Position numbers and translations under genes: made by a program. Below the pieces are notes generated by a model. It saw only the letters and a list, made by a program, of their open reading frames with translations, was not told the origin of the DNA and made no database searches. From assembly GCA_964016885.1 (NCBI GenBank), contig OZ024743.1, positions 331,700,001 through 331,764,000 on the forward strand: a stretch of DNA of 64,000 nucleotides, given 5' to 3'. Numbering within the stretch: position 1 is the first letter of the stretch; the number at the start of each line of letters is the position of its first letter. Below, one piece after another: positions 50,857 through 64,000 of this stretch. Origin of the DNA: Eledone cirrhosa. Taxonomy: Eukaryota.

Positions 50857-52016
50857 AACTGTGACAGAGTGAGTAGCAAGGTTGGCTACCTTGGAATTAC
50901 AAGTACAGTCTGTCTTGCATTATAGATTAGTGGCTGAGTATTCCACATATATACATACCCTTGATATAATTCTCAGGGAGATTCAGCATGACAGTGTGTG
51001 GCAGGGTTAGCTCCCTTTGAATTACAGTGTGCACTGGGTGCTTTTGGTCATGACACCTACACGTCTACTTTACATTGTGTACTTGGTGCTTTTTGTCATA
51101 ACACCTATCTGACCACTTTTACAGTGTGTACTGGGTGCTTTTTGTCATGGCCCTAACACGACCGCTTTATCGTATGGACTGGTTACTTTTTGTCATGGCC
51201 CTAACACGACCGCTTTATCGTATGGACTGGTTACTTTTTGTCATGTCAATTAATGTAATATTTGCTCACTAATGCAGTTTTCTGAATATATTTCTGTACA
51301 AAACTTTTTAATTTAACCATTCTGTGTCGTAATGTAACATAACTTTTGTTTAAAATATATTGAAAAATATTTTACATAATTAACAAATTTTAGAAACACT
51401 CAAATATATGTATTTAAAAACCTGTGTTGAAAACTGATTAGCTATGTGTACATTTGAAAAAAAATGAGTAAAAAGGACTTTTCACTCTGACAAGCACATG
51501 ACAACCTCTCTGTTGTTGGTACTATGATAAATGTAAGGTTAAAACCTCTCTTCAGTCTGACCAGGTACATGACAACCTCTCTAGTGGTGGTGCCTCAATA
51601 AAATGTATCCAATACACTCTGTAACATGCTGGAGAAAAGAAGAGCATGCAGCCATAGATACTGTGCTAAAATATGGAGTATAGAAATAATAATAATAATG
51701 AAATTATTGTGTACTGTGCTCAGGTGCACTACAACTCAACTCAACTCATCAAAGCTGCATGTATAGTACATAGAATAATGTACAAATGTCAGGAAAATGA
51801 ACAATGTACGAACCATGAAATACATGTGTGCATGTGTATGGAGGGGGGATATCAGGTGTAGTGCTGGCGAATTTCAGGAAGCATGGAGGTTTTAAAGGCT
51901 GCAGTGTCTCGACAGCTAACAACTGATGCAGGTAGTTTGTTCCATGCTTATATGTGGTTCTCTATGTTTTGTGTCAGACTGTTGACCCAGTAAATCTATG
52001 TCAGCATGGAAAACAT

Positions 52017-52047
<31 letters not shown>

Positions 52048-52529
52048 AATGATGATGATAAGGATAATGATGATGCTATTCATGATGTCTCTTCTCCTCT
52101 ATCAAATGAAGAGCATTGTTTTTTGTGCTGCTCTAGACCCACCCACCTGCCTGCCTCAACTTTCCCAATGTGGAATAATTGGTTGATGTTTATACAAGAT
52201 CAAGCACCATGCCCCCAGTTAAATTACAGAACAGTACTGAACTGAACTGAACTTTCTCCACCTTCAATATTGAAATATACCTCAGATTTCTCAAGGCTGA
52301 ATTTAGTGATTTTTGTACAAAAATATTGCAAAACAAGACACTATTAGTTTCTTTTCTTTAGAATGAAATGAGAAAGAATGAAATTAGAAGGAACATATAA
52401 TTGAATGAAGAGGATGTGAGAGACAGTGTCTTAACTCCATTGATACCAACTTGACTAAAACCAGCTCTGCTTCTATGAAACAAAATCTACCCATTTTAAG
52501 GGGTTTGTATATGAGTTGGATTCTCACAG

Positions 52530-52945
52530 CTGACATGGAATGAAGAATCTAGTAATTTGAACACAAGTGCTTCAGAAGGATGCTACATATACCATATACG
52601 GAGCACAAAACAGATTTGTTAGACAACAAGTTAACAAATATAGTGGCAGACAGAAACCACACCTTGCAACAGTGAAAAGACAGAAGCTTGCCTGGTATGG
52701 TCATATATTCCGCCACAACTCCTTATCCAAAACCTTCCTTCAGGGTACAGTTGAGGGATGGCAAAGAAGAGGCAGACAAAGAAAATCTTGGTCCAACAGC
52801 ACCAAAGACTGAACTGGTGACAACACCAAGACCCTTCTATGCATGACAGAGTATAGAGAGCAATGGCAACAACTGACTGCAAAAGCATCTAGTGTGGTAC
52901 CCCAACACATGCCTCACCAGTTTCAGGAACATGACATGACATATG
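52530..52945 (+). mobile_element. Degenerate RTE-clade LINE 3' fragment (another family)
   Basis: ATVKRQKLAWYGHIFRHNSLSKTFLQGTVEGWQRRGRQRKSW; (CATGA)n tail. Confidence 0.8.
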
Positions 52946-54937
52946 AATTAAGTGAAGATACATGGTCTAGAGGCTAGGTTGTGGGACTCATGATCATATG
53001 GTCATAGGTGCAATCATTGGACAAGGTGACAGCTTGCATTCCTGAGTAAAATACTTTCTTTTATGTTACTCCTTCTCTCAAGAATTGTGACTGGCAGATT
53101 GTATCAGGAATGGGAAGACCAAATAAAATATTGTTTCCTTGGTCTGATCTGCAGATCAGTTCCTTTCTTCTGCTTCTGCCAAGAGTTGTAACCAACAGAT
53201 AGTATCAGCAATGGAAAAAACAATGGAAACATTGTTTTCCTGGTCCAATTTGATGACCTTTTTATTTTTTGTTGGCAATGTTTGTTGAAACCATTAATGA
53301 TATTAATACTGCAATTTTGAATCACCTTATCTAGACATTTCTTAAATACATCAGTCTCTTATTATACTGTTGTTCTTAATAATGTCCTCCAAAATTAATG
53401 TTAAATACACCAACCTCTTATACTGTATTCTTAATAATGTCCTATAAAATAAGTGTTAAACAAACCAGCCTCTTATTATACTGTGCTGTTCTTAATAATT
53501 GTTTCTACTATTGGCACAAGGCCAGCAATTACCCAGTACATTACCGGTACATTATTTTATCGACCCCCGTAAGGATGAAAGGCAAAGTTAACCTTGGCGG
53601 GATTTGAACTCATAATGGCAAGGGCCGTAACTATGCGTCAAATCATGGTGTCCGACCCTCTACCGATACTGCCAATTCACCGCAATGTCCTTTAAAATAA
53701 GTCGAGAGCAATGTTTAACAGACATGTTTTATAGTGGACCTTCACTAATGTTGTGATGTTGTGTGGAATCATATCATTGGGTGTTGTAGAATATTTCTTC
53801 TATAATAGTATACTATATTTTATATTTTTCCTACAAATTCTTAAAATATTATTAACTTGATGATAAAATAAGTTAAAAATGTAAAACTAACTAAATGTTT
53901 TAAAATATCATTGTAAAGCTTAACTAAATGTAATGGGTTTCATAATAGTGATTCTGTTTTTTGTGAAATTTAGAAAAATATTTGGTAAGTAGCTTCATGT
54001 TTTGAATCTATAGATTTGTAAAGACAGTTTTGAATGTACACATCCCTCCAGCTTTAATTCACACCAAACTTCTCTCAATTTCTACTCAATGTGAAATATT
54101 TTGCAGGCTCCTGGCCTTTCTTCAATTGCACACTGCCTTTGTCTGTGATGAACCATCCATCCCTTTTTAGCAGGTAGAACAGACATTAATGATAACGATA
54201 ATGATAAACATTTTGAAATAAATAGCTTTGTGTTGTAGAACGAGGGGTGGTTTCATGCAGTTTGATATCTTCTTTTTAGCACACTTATTCCTGAGAGGGT
54301 CGTGGGGGCAGAGTCCTCAAACACTCCTTCCAGCAGGTCCTGTCAGAAGCAACCATCTCCAACTGATCCAGCTGTATCCCCAAGCATGACCAGCCAAACT
54401 CATGGACGTTATCCATCTTGCTCGGGGTCTACCCCTGGGTCACCTGCTGGTTGGTTTTGCTCATAAAATCTGTCCAGTGATTCTTTCTTGAGACATTCTA
54501 ACCACATGTCCATAGTATCAGATCTGTGATCTCTCAATTCGGAGAAGAAGTGGCTCTACCTGGAGTGATTCACTGATCTCCAAGCTACGCACTCTATCGA
54601 GTAAAGTTACTCCAAAGACACCTCAGAGGAACCCCATTTCTGCCGTTTGTTAGATATCAAGAGTAATGTTACTCCAAAGACCCTTCAGTGAAATCCCATT
54701 TTTGGCTGCTTGTGTGGTATCGAAAGTGTTAAATATCTGTAAAAATATTTAGTTAATAAGAGCTGTCAATCAATTATATTTTAGGCACTTGGAAAATGTG
54801 AGCCGATAACTGTCCCAGATTGTGTCAAGCATAACTTGCAGAGGTTTATCTTTATAATAGAATAGAATTCCAGGTGAAGTGGCCATCAATCAAGGTAAGC
54901 TGTCTATTTCAGGTATGAATTAACTAATTTAACTCAC

Positions 54938-54980
54938 CACTTCAGGTATCAACACAATCTTCACTCCCACCCCAGCCACC
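54938..54980 (-). CDS. Candidate 43-nt exon of the minus-strand gene (VAGVGVKIVLIPEV)
   Basis: TTACCGTTTTTTGCAG acceptor and GTGAGT donor; a single open frame. Confidence 0.45.
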
Positions 54981-55464
54981 CTGCAAAAAACGGTAATTAA
55001 CAACCATTACAGAAATCAATAAGATTAAATTGCTATTTACAACCAATTGTTATTGATGATGATACTACTATAATGACAACTACACCACCACCACCACCAC
55101 CACAACTTCCGCCACCACCAACACTACTATCACCGCTACTACTACAACTATCAACACCACCACTACTATCACTACTGCTACTACCACTACTACCACAACT
55201 GCCACTGGCACCACCACCACCGCCACTACTACCACAACTACCACCACCACTACTATCACAACAGCCACTACTATCACAACAGCCACCGCCACTACAATCA
55301 TTAATACTACCACCACTATTACAACCCCCACCACAGCCACTACCACCACCACCACCACAACTACTATCACAACAGCCACTATGACAACTAACACAACAGC
55401 CACTGCCACTGCCACCACCACTACTATCACAACAATCACTGCCACTACAATCATTAATACTACC

Positions 55465-55500
<36 letters not shown>

Positions 55501-55687
55501 GTAAGATGATCTACAACAGTAAGGAGGCAATGCCAGTGTTCAGAGATAAACAAATGGTTGTAAAGATTATTTCAGTCCTTACAAATCTAATTTACATTCC
55601 ATTAAAAGATCATTGACTGCTTATCAACACAGTTGTGATTTTTATCAGAAGATTGTAACGAACAAGAGATTAATGAACTTCCATCAT

Positions 55688-56465
55688 TTCAGATGGTGAG
55701 TTTGATCAATGGAACAGCTTGCACATCAAACTGTTACTGTTGGACATTTGTCAGTTCAGATGGTGAGTTTGATCAACGGAACAGCTTGCACATCAAACTG
55801 TTACTGTTGGACATTTGTCAGTTCAGATGGTGAGTTTGATCAACGGAACAGCTTGCACATCAAACTGTTGCTGTTGGACATTTGTCAGTTCAGATGGTGA
55901 GTTTGATCAACAGAACAGCTTGCACATCAAACTGTTACTGTTGGACTTTTGTCAGTTCAGATGGTGAGTTTGATCAATGGGGCAGCCTACACATCAAACT
56001 GTTACTGTTGGACTTTTGTCAGTTCAGATGGTGAGTTTGATCAATGGAACAGCTTGCACATCAAACTGTTACTGTTGGACTTTTGTCAGTTCAGATGGTG
56101 AGTTTGATCAATGGAACAGCTTGCACATCAAACTGTTACTGTTGGACTTTTGTCAGTTCAGATGGTGAGTTTGATCAATGGAACAGCTTGCACATCAAAC
56201 TGTTACTGTTGGACTTTTGTCAGTTCAGATGGTGAGTTTGATCAATGGAACAGCTTGCACATCAAACTGTTACTGTTGGACTTTTGTCAGTTCAGATGGT
56301 GAGTTTGATAAATGGAACAGCTGCACATCAAACTGTTACTGTTGGACTTTTGTCAGTTCAGATGGTGAGTTTGATCAATGGAACAGCCTGCACATCAAAC
56401 TGTTACTGTTGGACTTTTGTCAGTTCAGATGGTGAGTTTGATCAATGGAACAGCCTGCTCATGAT
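55688..56465 (+). repeat. 67-bp minisatellite, ~11.5 copies
   Basis: Unit TTCAGATGGTGAGTTTGATCAATGGAACAGCTTGCACATCAAACTGTTACTGTTGGACTTTTGTCAG. Confidence 0.96.
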
Positions 56466-57649
56466 ATTGTTGTTATTGTGCCTCTGTCAGTTCAAGGGAA
56501 AGTGTAAAAACTTTACAGCTTGGCACCAGCTGACTGAACTGGAACAATATGAAATAGAGTGTCTTGACCAAGGATACAATGCACAGCCTGGTTTGAGAAT
56601 CGAACTGACAACCTCACAATTGTGAACCCAACACACTAGCCACATGCCTTCACACACAATAACTAAGTTCAGTATTCTACAAACACAATATCTATACACT
56701 GAATATACAGCACTCACACACATGCAAAATATACACATACAAAATACACTCAAATACACATATATACACAATGAATATCTACACAGTATGCATACATACA
56801 CAAACACACAATATCCACACATACCAACATATATACATACAATAAATATCTGTACACACAACATATCATACACACATGCATAATATCTAAACACAATAAG
56901 GATACATACACACGCACAATCCATATCTACACACTGAACATACTACACACAAACAATACTTACACACATCTATATAATAATATCTTTACACACAACATAC
57001 CACACATACATACACACAATAATAAACAATAACTACCCCACCATCACCCTACCCCACTCCCTACCACCACCCCACCCCTACCACCATGCCTCCCCCACCA
57101 TTACACCTCCAGAACTCAAAATCAATTGAAGCAACCCTTGTTACCACAATTCCTGTTTAAACCCCACCACCATCATCAATCGTGCATTATTCCCCCTCCC
57201 ACCCACTCCCTCTTCAACTGATGGGATATTCAGGATATCATGCTAATCAATAAGTGATCAATAATACATTGGGATACCAACCTAATCAATAAATAATCAA
57301 TAATATTTTATTTCCTGTTGTTAAATTGGATACAGTTTGTCTTTGTTTTGTTTTCAGTAGCCAGTGTTTCTATAATGGTTTATCTAGAACTTAGTATTGA
57401 AGAACTGTTCCTCAATCTTAGCTAGAGGTCAATGTAGAGGTCAGAGAGGTCACTAATATTGGGGCAGCTAGGAAAGACCTTTAGGTCACGTTGTCACTGA
57501 GAATTGAACCTGAATTAGATTAAAGTATTACATCTTCCAACTGAGTATATTAAATAATTTTCAATGACTTGAGTATTGAGGGTCACACCCCATATACCCA
57601 CCATTCTCACTCTCACTCTCTCTAGAAGAAGAAATCAGTTATATTCTAA

Positions 57650-57957
57650 CATAGGTATGTTACCTGTTGGGCATATGTGGATAACAGTCTTCTACTCGGG
57701 TATGTTACCTGTTGGGGGTGGGTAGAGAGTAGATATCTATCTACCTGGGTATAGATAACAGATTTCTATCTACCTGTATATAGATAACAGACTCCTATCT
57801 ACCTGAGTATATTACCTGTTGGGTACAGGTAACAGATTTACATCTACCTGGGTATGTTACCAGTTGGATATAGGGAGCAAACTTCTATCTACCTGGGTAT
57901 GTTACCTGTTGGATATAAGTAACAGACTTCTATCTACCTGGGTACAGGTAGCAGATT
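57650..57957 (+). repeat. Degenerate ~40-45-bp tandem repeat with internal hairpin
   Basis: GTATGTTACCTGTTGG..AGGTAACAGA..TATCTACCTGG. Confidence 0.7.
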
Positions 57958-59409
57958 TCTCTCTCCCTGCAACAGTGTCTGTCTGTGTCTATAATTTATC
58001 TCTTATTTGCAACACCTAATGAAATTCAAAGGAACCACCCTCTCTTTACAGTTTTAGGAGAAACATGATGTTATAGACTTGATAGATTTCATCAATTGTT
58101 GATTGAGAAAATTGGGAGAACAATGCCATTGTGGTACTTCCTCTCGGTCTTTTCATTCTGAGTTCAAATCCTGCCTAGATCAACTTTACCTGTCATCAAT
58201 CCAGGGTTGATAAAAACTAACAGTCAAGTACTGGTACTTTACCCTTCCCCTAAATTAGCTGGCCATATTCCTAATTTAGTAATCATTTATTGTGTAACCC
58301 AAAATAAAGTCATTATTATATTTCTAATGAGTTCAAATCCCACCGAGGTTGACTTTGCCTTTCATCCTTACGGGGTCGATAAAATAATGTACCAGTAATG
58401 AACTGGGTAATTGCTGGCCTTGCGCCTAAAGTAGAAACAATTATTATATTTCTAATGAAAGACACTGCCTATGATTTTCACATAATTTTTGAAATAGTCA
58501 AGAATTTAGAGGAATTTACTAATATAATACACCTTCTCATTAAGTTGGCATTTGGAGCATAACATAAAATTATAATGAAAGGTTTTTTTTTAGATAAATA
58601 TAAACACTTTAAAATAAGGTTTTATGTCATAGAAACAGAAGTTTGGTACCAAGAAGTTTAAACAAAATTCGAAATTCTATACTGATATAAAAGTACTTAA
58701 ACCCAGATGGGGAAGAAATACAAGAGTTTAGATACATTGAGAGCAGAAGAAGGTTTTAACAAGATGATAAAACTGTGAAGCAATTCTTAGCATCCTGTAC
58801 CTTATTAAATCACATTAGCAAGTCATTCTTGAAAAGTACAAAACAGAACTAATGCATCACATTAAAAATTAAACTTTAAATTAGTTTAAAACAAATTTTC
58901 ACAATAATCTGTCCATCAGTAAAGATACTATAAACATTTGAATTAATAAACTTGTTTTGTTTGGGTTTCTTTTTATATAATTTCTACTAAATCATTGCAT
59001 GATCGTAGATGGTAAGAGTTAAGAATCTAGACTTGTTTATTTGCACTTATTCTAACTTTGAAAGATTAAAAGGAAATATTTTTCCTTTGAATTCTAAATA
59101 ATATCTTCTAATATTGTGGATCACTGGAAGCACCAGGAAGAATAGACTTTGATGTTTCTCAGACGAAAGTTAAAATGGTCTTTAAGCTATTGACTTCAAT
59201 GAAGAATTTCAGACATAATAATGGCAATTCTTACAGGAGAGAGGGGGCAGGAAATGAAAAGTTGGGTATTTATAAAAGGTGTTCAGTTTACAAGTAAGTC
59301 GAAAAGGCTCTAATGAGGATTATAAACCAATTTATAGTTGAATTGTCTAACATCCGGTAATCACTTAGCAGAAAATATCTAAGAATGGGTTTCTTAATTC
59401 AAACAATTG

Positions 59410-59577
59410 ATCAGTTGCAAACAGACTGCGACCCATGAGCTACATGTGACCTATTTGACTTTCTGAATGGCATACCTAATTTCAAAACTGCCTTGAATTT
59501 GTTTAGTAGTGTGGCCCACTTTATGATGAGCCACATCATATGTGGCTCACTGTTTAAAAAAGGTAGCCCATGACTGG
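59410..59577. mobile_element. Possible degenerate hAT-like MITE
   Basis: ACTGCGACCC..TACATGTGACC start and TGTGGCTC..AAAAAGGTAGCCCA..CTG end resemble hAT/Charlie subterminal motifs; hairpin TGAGCCACAT/ATGTGGCTCA. Confidence 0.35.
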
Positions 59578-60267
59578 TTCATAGTATCTTAAATAGTGAA
59601 CAGAGCATTGTTGTTAAACTTTGGGGTATTAGGGTAAATGCTTTAATGTTTAGCGTGATGCCTTGTACCTTTCAAGAATGTTTTGCTGATATGGTTTAAT
59701 GTGGTTTAGGACATTTAAGAGTTAATATAGAATATTCTACAGGACTGCATTGCTTGACCTGCTAGAATTAGTAGTGAAATTTCATTCAAATCTTATATGA
59801 TGAAGAGCACATTGGATAATGTTGTCTTAGATACACTATGCCTGATAAAAAAGATGGGAAGGCTATGGCTAAACAACAACTATTATGTGGGTGGAATGGC
59901 AGAATTGTTAAGGCATCAAATAAAATGCTTTGCAATATTTGTTCCAGCTCTTTATGTTCTGAGTTCAAATCCAACTGAGGTCAACTTTGCCTTTCATCCT
60001 TTCCAAGGTCAATAAAATAAAATACCAATCATGTACAGGGGTTGATTTAATTGACTTCTCTCTTCTCCAACTCAAAATGACTGGCCTTGTGCCTAAAGTA
60101 TAAATTATTATATGGATGACTGGTCATCAACTTTAGTGAACCCTAAGTACCAGGCAACCAATATATATATATAAAATCAATATAACTCTACTACATGTAT
60201 GGAGTCACCCAATCAGTAAATGTCAGTTATTTATACACCTGTAATTCTACAGCCTAACATTCATCAA

Positions 60268-60802
60268 ATATCATCCTCATCGTTTTTATGTCCGTTTTTG
60301 CACGCTGAGATGGGTTGGACAGGTCCTTCTCAGCATGGCATCTCTCCATTTATTGCATTCCTTCGTCATCTCCTCTACGAGTTTTAGCAATTTGAGGTCA
60401 GCTCTCACAACCTCTGCCCAGGTCTTTCTTGGTCTACCTTTACTGTGACTTCCACTGGTATTTCCTGGCACCTCTTCACCCAGTGCAAATATCCATACCA
60501 ATGCAGTCTTCTCTCATACACACCACCTCAGATTCTTCTTAAACTCAGCTTCTCCCTCAACTTGTCTAAGCTCTGCTTAACATTCATCATCATCATCATC
60601 ATCATCATCGATTAACGTCCATCTTCCATGCTAGCATGGGTTAGACGGGAAATGTCTCATTTGAGGCAAGATTGGTCAGGTGACCATGTCTCACTTGTAA
60701 AGGACTATCTGGCAGGTTTTCTACAGCTAACCACATTTACAGTGTGGACTGGGAGCTTTTTACCGTGTTACCTACACGACCACATTACAGCGTGGACTGT
60801 AT
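60268..60802 (-). mobile_element. Two RTE LINE 3' fragments
   Basis: KGRPRKTWAEVVRADL motif (60286-60501); second tail at 60585-60802 with (GAT)n. Confidence 0.8.
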
Positions 60803-60971
60803 GTTTATATATTTATATTAGGCATGGCTGTGTGGTTAAGGAATTTCCTTCACAATCACATAGTTTCAGGTTCAGTGTCCAACTGTGAGACACCTTGGAT
60901 AAGTAGTGCCTTCTACTAAAGCTTTGCCTTCTGAGTGGAATTTGGTACATAGAGACTGAATGGAAGCCCAG

Positions 60972-61097
<126 letters not shown>

Positions 61098-62185
61098 CGT
61101 GCGTGCATGCGTGTCTGCTTATGTCCAGTAACTTGGTTTGACAAAAAGAGATCAATAAAAACACTTCACTTCAAGAGTTTGAAAGTTGAGGCAATAGAGA
61201 GGAATTCCAGCTAGATCCTGTAAATCTTTGTATGGTTTAACTACACACTAAGTCTCTGATATCCAAATGGATATAGACATGCACCCAGGAGTTATGACCT
61301 GGATGTGGCTCAGCCCCCTTAGAGTGTAAGAAATTATGGACCAAAATACTCGCTTGAGTGGGGGGTTTCTTCTCTGAAGACCTTCTGCTGCCCTACTCTC
61401 CTGAGAGTTTCTTACCACCTATGAACTATTACAAATTATTTTGAATGCTGTCTAAAATTGCTCGGAATATGTTCTCACTCCTACATAGCTTCCATTTATC
61501 TACTTATATATACTTTAGTTGTGGCCAAGGTGGATGGAATGCTTTTTTTTTTCGTTGTTTTTTTTTTTTATCTTTCTGTTGTTATAGAGACGTAACAAAG
61601 TAATTAGAGAATTAAATCACTTAATTTGCATATAAACCAGCTTATTTTATTTTCTTAAAAATCATCAATGCAAATTAGAAAGATTTAAATAATTACATAA
61701 TGGTAATTAGAGTTGTTAAAAATTACTTAAGGATTTTTTTTTCCATTAATCTATATATAGAGAAAGGTAATGAAATGGCAGAGTTGTTAGAACATAGTAT
61801 AGAATGCTTTATGGTATCCATTCTGGCTCTCTGATTTCAAATCCCGCTGATTTCAACTTTAATATTCATCCTTTTGAGGTCGATAAAAAGCAAAATACCA
61901 GTCTAGTGCTGGTGTTAATTCTTCCTCTATATCTTTCCTCACTTCCACTCTCTCACCTATCCATCTCAGGAAGACATAATCTGTGTTCAGACCTGGAGAG
62001 CAATGGGCTCAGCCAGCGTTTAAAAAAAAACATAAGAAACGCTGTATGGCACTGTGGCTCCCATATGTATGCATATATAGAGACAGAAGGCTTGTTCTTT
62101 CTCTCAAATATATAGATCCTTTCTTTCTTATTTATTTCATTTTATAGCATCTTTCATTAAATATGTAAGGTAACATGACCAATAA

Positions 62186-64000
62186 GCACCCAACCCATCC
62201 TGTAAAGTGGTAGTGTTGGTGGCATGACAGAAGGTACCTAGTCCATCCTGTAAAGTGGTAGTGTTGGTGGCATGACAGAAGGTACCTAGTCCACCCTGTA
62301 AAGTGGTAGTGTTGGTGGCATGACAGAAGGTACCTAGTCCACCCTGTAAAGTGGTAGTGTTGGTGGCATGACAGAAGGTACCTAGTCCACCCTGTAAAGT
62401 GGTAGTGTTGGTGGCATGACAGAAGGTACCCAGTCCATCCTGTAAAGTGGTAGTGTTGGTGGCATGACAGAAGGTACCCAGTCCATCCTGTAAAGTGGTA
62501 GTGTTGGTGGCATGACAGAAGGTACCCAGTCCATCCTGTAAAGTGGTAGTGTTGGTGGCATGACAGAAGGTACCTAGTCCATCCTGTAAAGTGGTAGTGT
62601 TGGTGGCATGACAGAAGGTACCCAGTCCATCCTGTAAAGTGGTAGTGTTGGTGGCATGACAGAAGGTACCTAGTCCATCCTGTAAAGTGGTAGTGTTGGT
62701 GGCATGACAGAAGGTACCTAGTCCACCCTGTAAAGTGGTAGTGTTGGTGGCATGACAGAAGGTACCCAGTCCATCCTGTAAAGTGGTAGTGTTGGTGGCA
62801 TGACAGAAGGTACCTAGTCCATCCTGTAAAGTGGTAGTGTTGGTGGCATGACAGAAGGTACCTAGTCCACCCTGTAAAGTGGTAGTGTTGGTGGCATGAC
62901 AGAAGGTACCCAGTCCATCCTGTAAAGTGGTAGTGTTGGTGGCATGACAGAAGGTACCTAGTCCACCCTGTAAAGTGGTAGTGTTGGTGGCATGACAGAA
63001 GGTACCTAGTCCACCCTGTAAAGTGGTAGTGTTGGTGGCATGACAGAAGGTACCCAGTCCACCCTGTAAAGTGGTAGTGTTGGTGGCATGACAGAAGGTA
63101 CCTAGTCCACCCTGTAAAGTGGTAGTGTTGGTGGCATGACAGAAGGTACCCAGTCCATCCTGTAAAGTGGTAGTGTTGGTGGCATGACAGAAGGTACCTA
63201 GTCCATCCTGTAAAGTGGTAGTGTTGGTGGCATGACAGAAGGTACCTAGTCCACCCTGTAAAGTGGTAGTGTTGGTGGCATGACAGAAGGTACCCAGTCC
63301 ATCCTGTAAAGTGGTAGTGTTGGTGGCATGACAGAAGGTACCTAGTCCATCCTGTAAAGTGGTAGTGTTGGTGGCATGACAGAAGGTACCTAGTCCACCC
63401 TGTAAAGTGGTAGTGTTGGTGGCATGACAGAAGGTACCCAGTCCATCCTGTAAAGTGGTAGTGTTGGTGGCATGACAGAAGGTACCCAGTCCATCCTGTA
63501 AAGTGGTAGTGTTGGTGGCATGACAGAAGGTACCTAGTCCACCCTGTAAAGTGGTAGTGTTGGTGGCATGACAGAAGGTACCCAGTCCACCCTGTAAAGT
63601 GGTAGTGTTGGTGGCATGACAGAAGGTACCCAGTCCATCCTGTAAAGTGGTAGTGTTGGTGGCATGACAGAAGGTACCTAGTCCATCCTGTAAAGTGGTA
63701 GTGTTGGTGGCATGACAGAAGGTACCTAGTCCACCCTGTAAAGTGGTAGTGTTGGTGGCATGACAGAAGGTACCCAGTCCATCCTGTAAAGTGGTAGTGT
63801 TGGTGGCATGACAGAAGGTACCTAGTCCACCCTGTAAAGTGGTAGTGTTGGTGGCATGACAGAAGGTACCCAGTCCATCCTGTAAAGTGGTAGTGTTGGT
63901 GGCATGACAGAAGGTACCTAGTCCACCCTGTAAAGTGGTAGTGTTGGTGGCATGACAGAAGGTACCCAGTCCATCCTGTAAAGTGGTAGTGTTGGTGGCA
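62186..64000 (+). repeat. Highly homogeneous 48-bp satellite, at least 37 copies, continuing past the window
   Basis: Unit GGTACC[T/C]AGTCCA[C/T]CCTGTAAAGTGGTAGTGTTGGTGGCATGACAGAA. Confidence 0.98.

Noticed and set aside
53070-53330. Unique, coding-looking minus-strand segment
   Set aside because: Stops in the plausible frames, no convincing splice pair or recognisable domain; may be a decayed transposon
62186-64000. Two stop-free minus-strand frames across the 48-bp array (FCHATNTTTLQ[G/D]GLGT and LSCHQHYHFTGWT[R/G]YL repeats)
   Set aside because: Expected by chance for a 16-codon unit; the unit derives from a LINE 3' UTR; no start or splice context visible

Overview
Eukaryotic, AT-rich, extremely microsatellite-dense intronic/intergenic DNA. 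The SINE families, RTE LINEs and (TA)n/(CA)n/(ATC)n density strongly suggest a coleoid cephalopod, most likely Octopus (inference). Almost all long ORFs in the supplied track are microsatellite artefacts or LINE fragments. The window holds a 5'-truncated Tx1/L1-clade LINE with an apparently open ORF2 (1-2364), several RTE-clade LINE families (including an inverted cluster at 23.5-27.4 kb), CR1 fragments, two abundant tRNA-derived SINE families, TTAA (piggyBac-type) MITEs, and at least seven minisatellite/satellite arrays, three visibly seeded from TE ends. A few splice-site-bounded candidate exons suggest an unidentified minus-strand host gene. The most notable signal is three minus-strand type I hammerhead-ribozyme motifs (9260-9349, 13986-14074, 16362-16435) with minimal stem III and unusually long stem II, each associated with a foldback hairpin. 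They look like Penelope pLTR-derived or retrozyme-like non-autonomous elements. There is also a near-perfect 234-bp spacerless palindrome.
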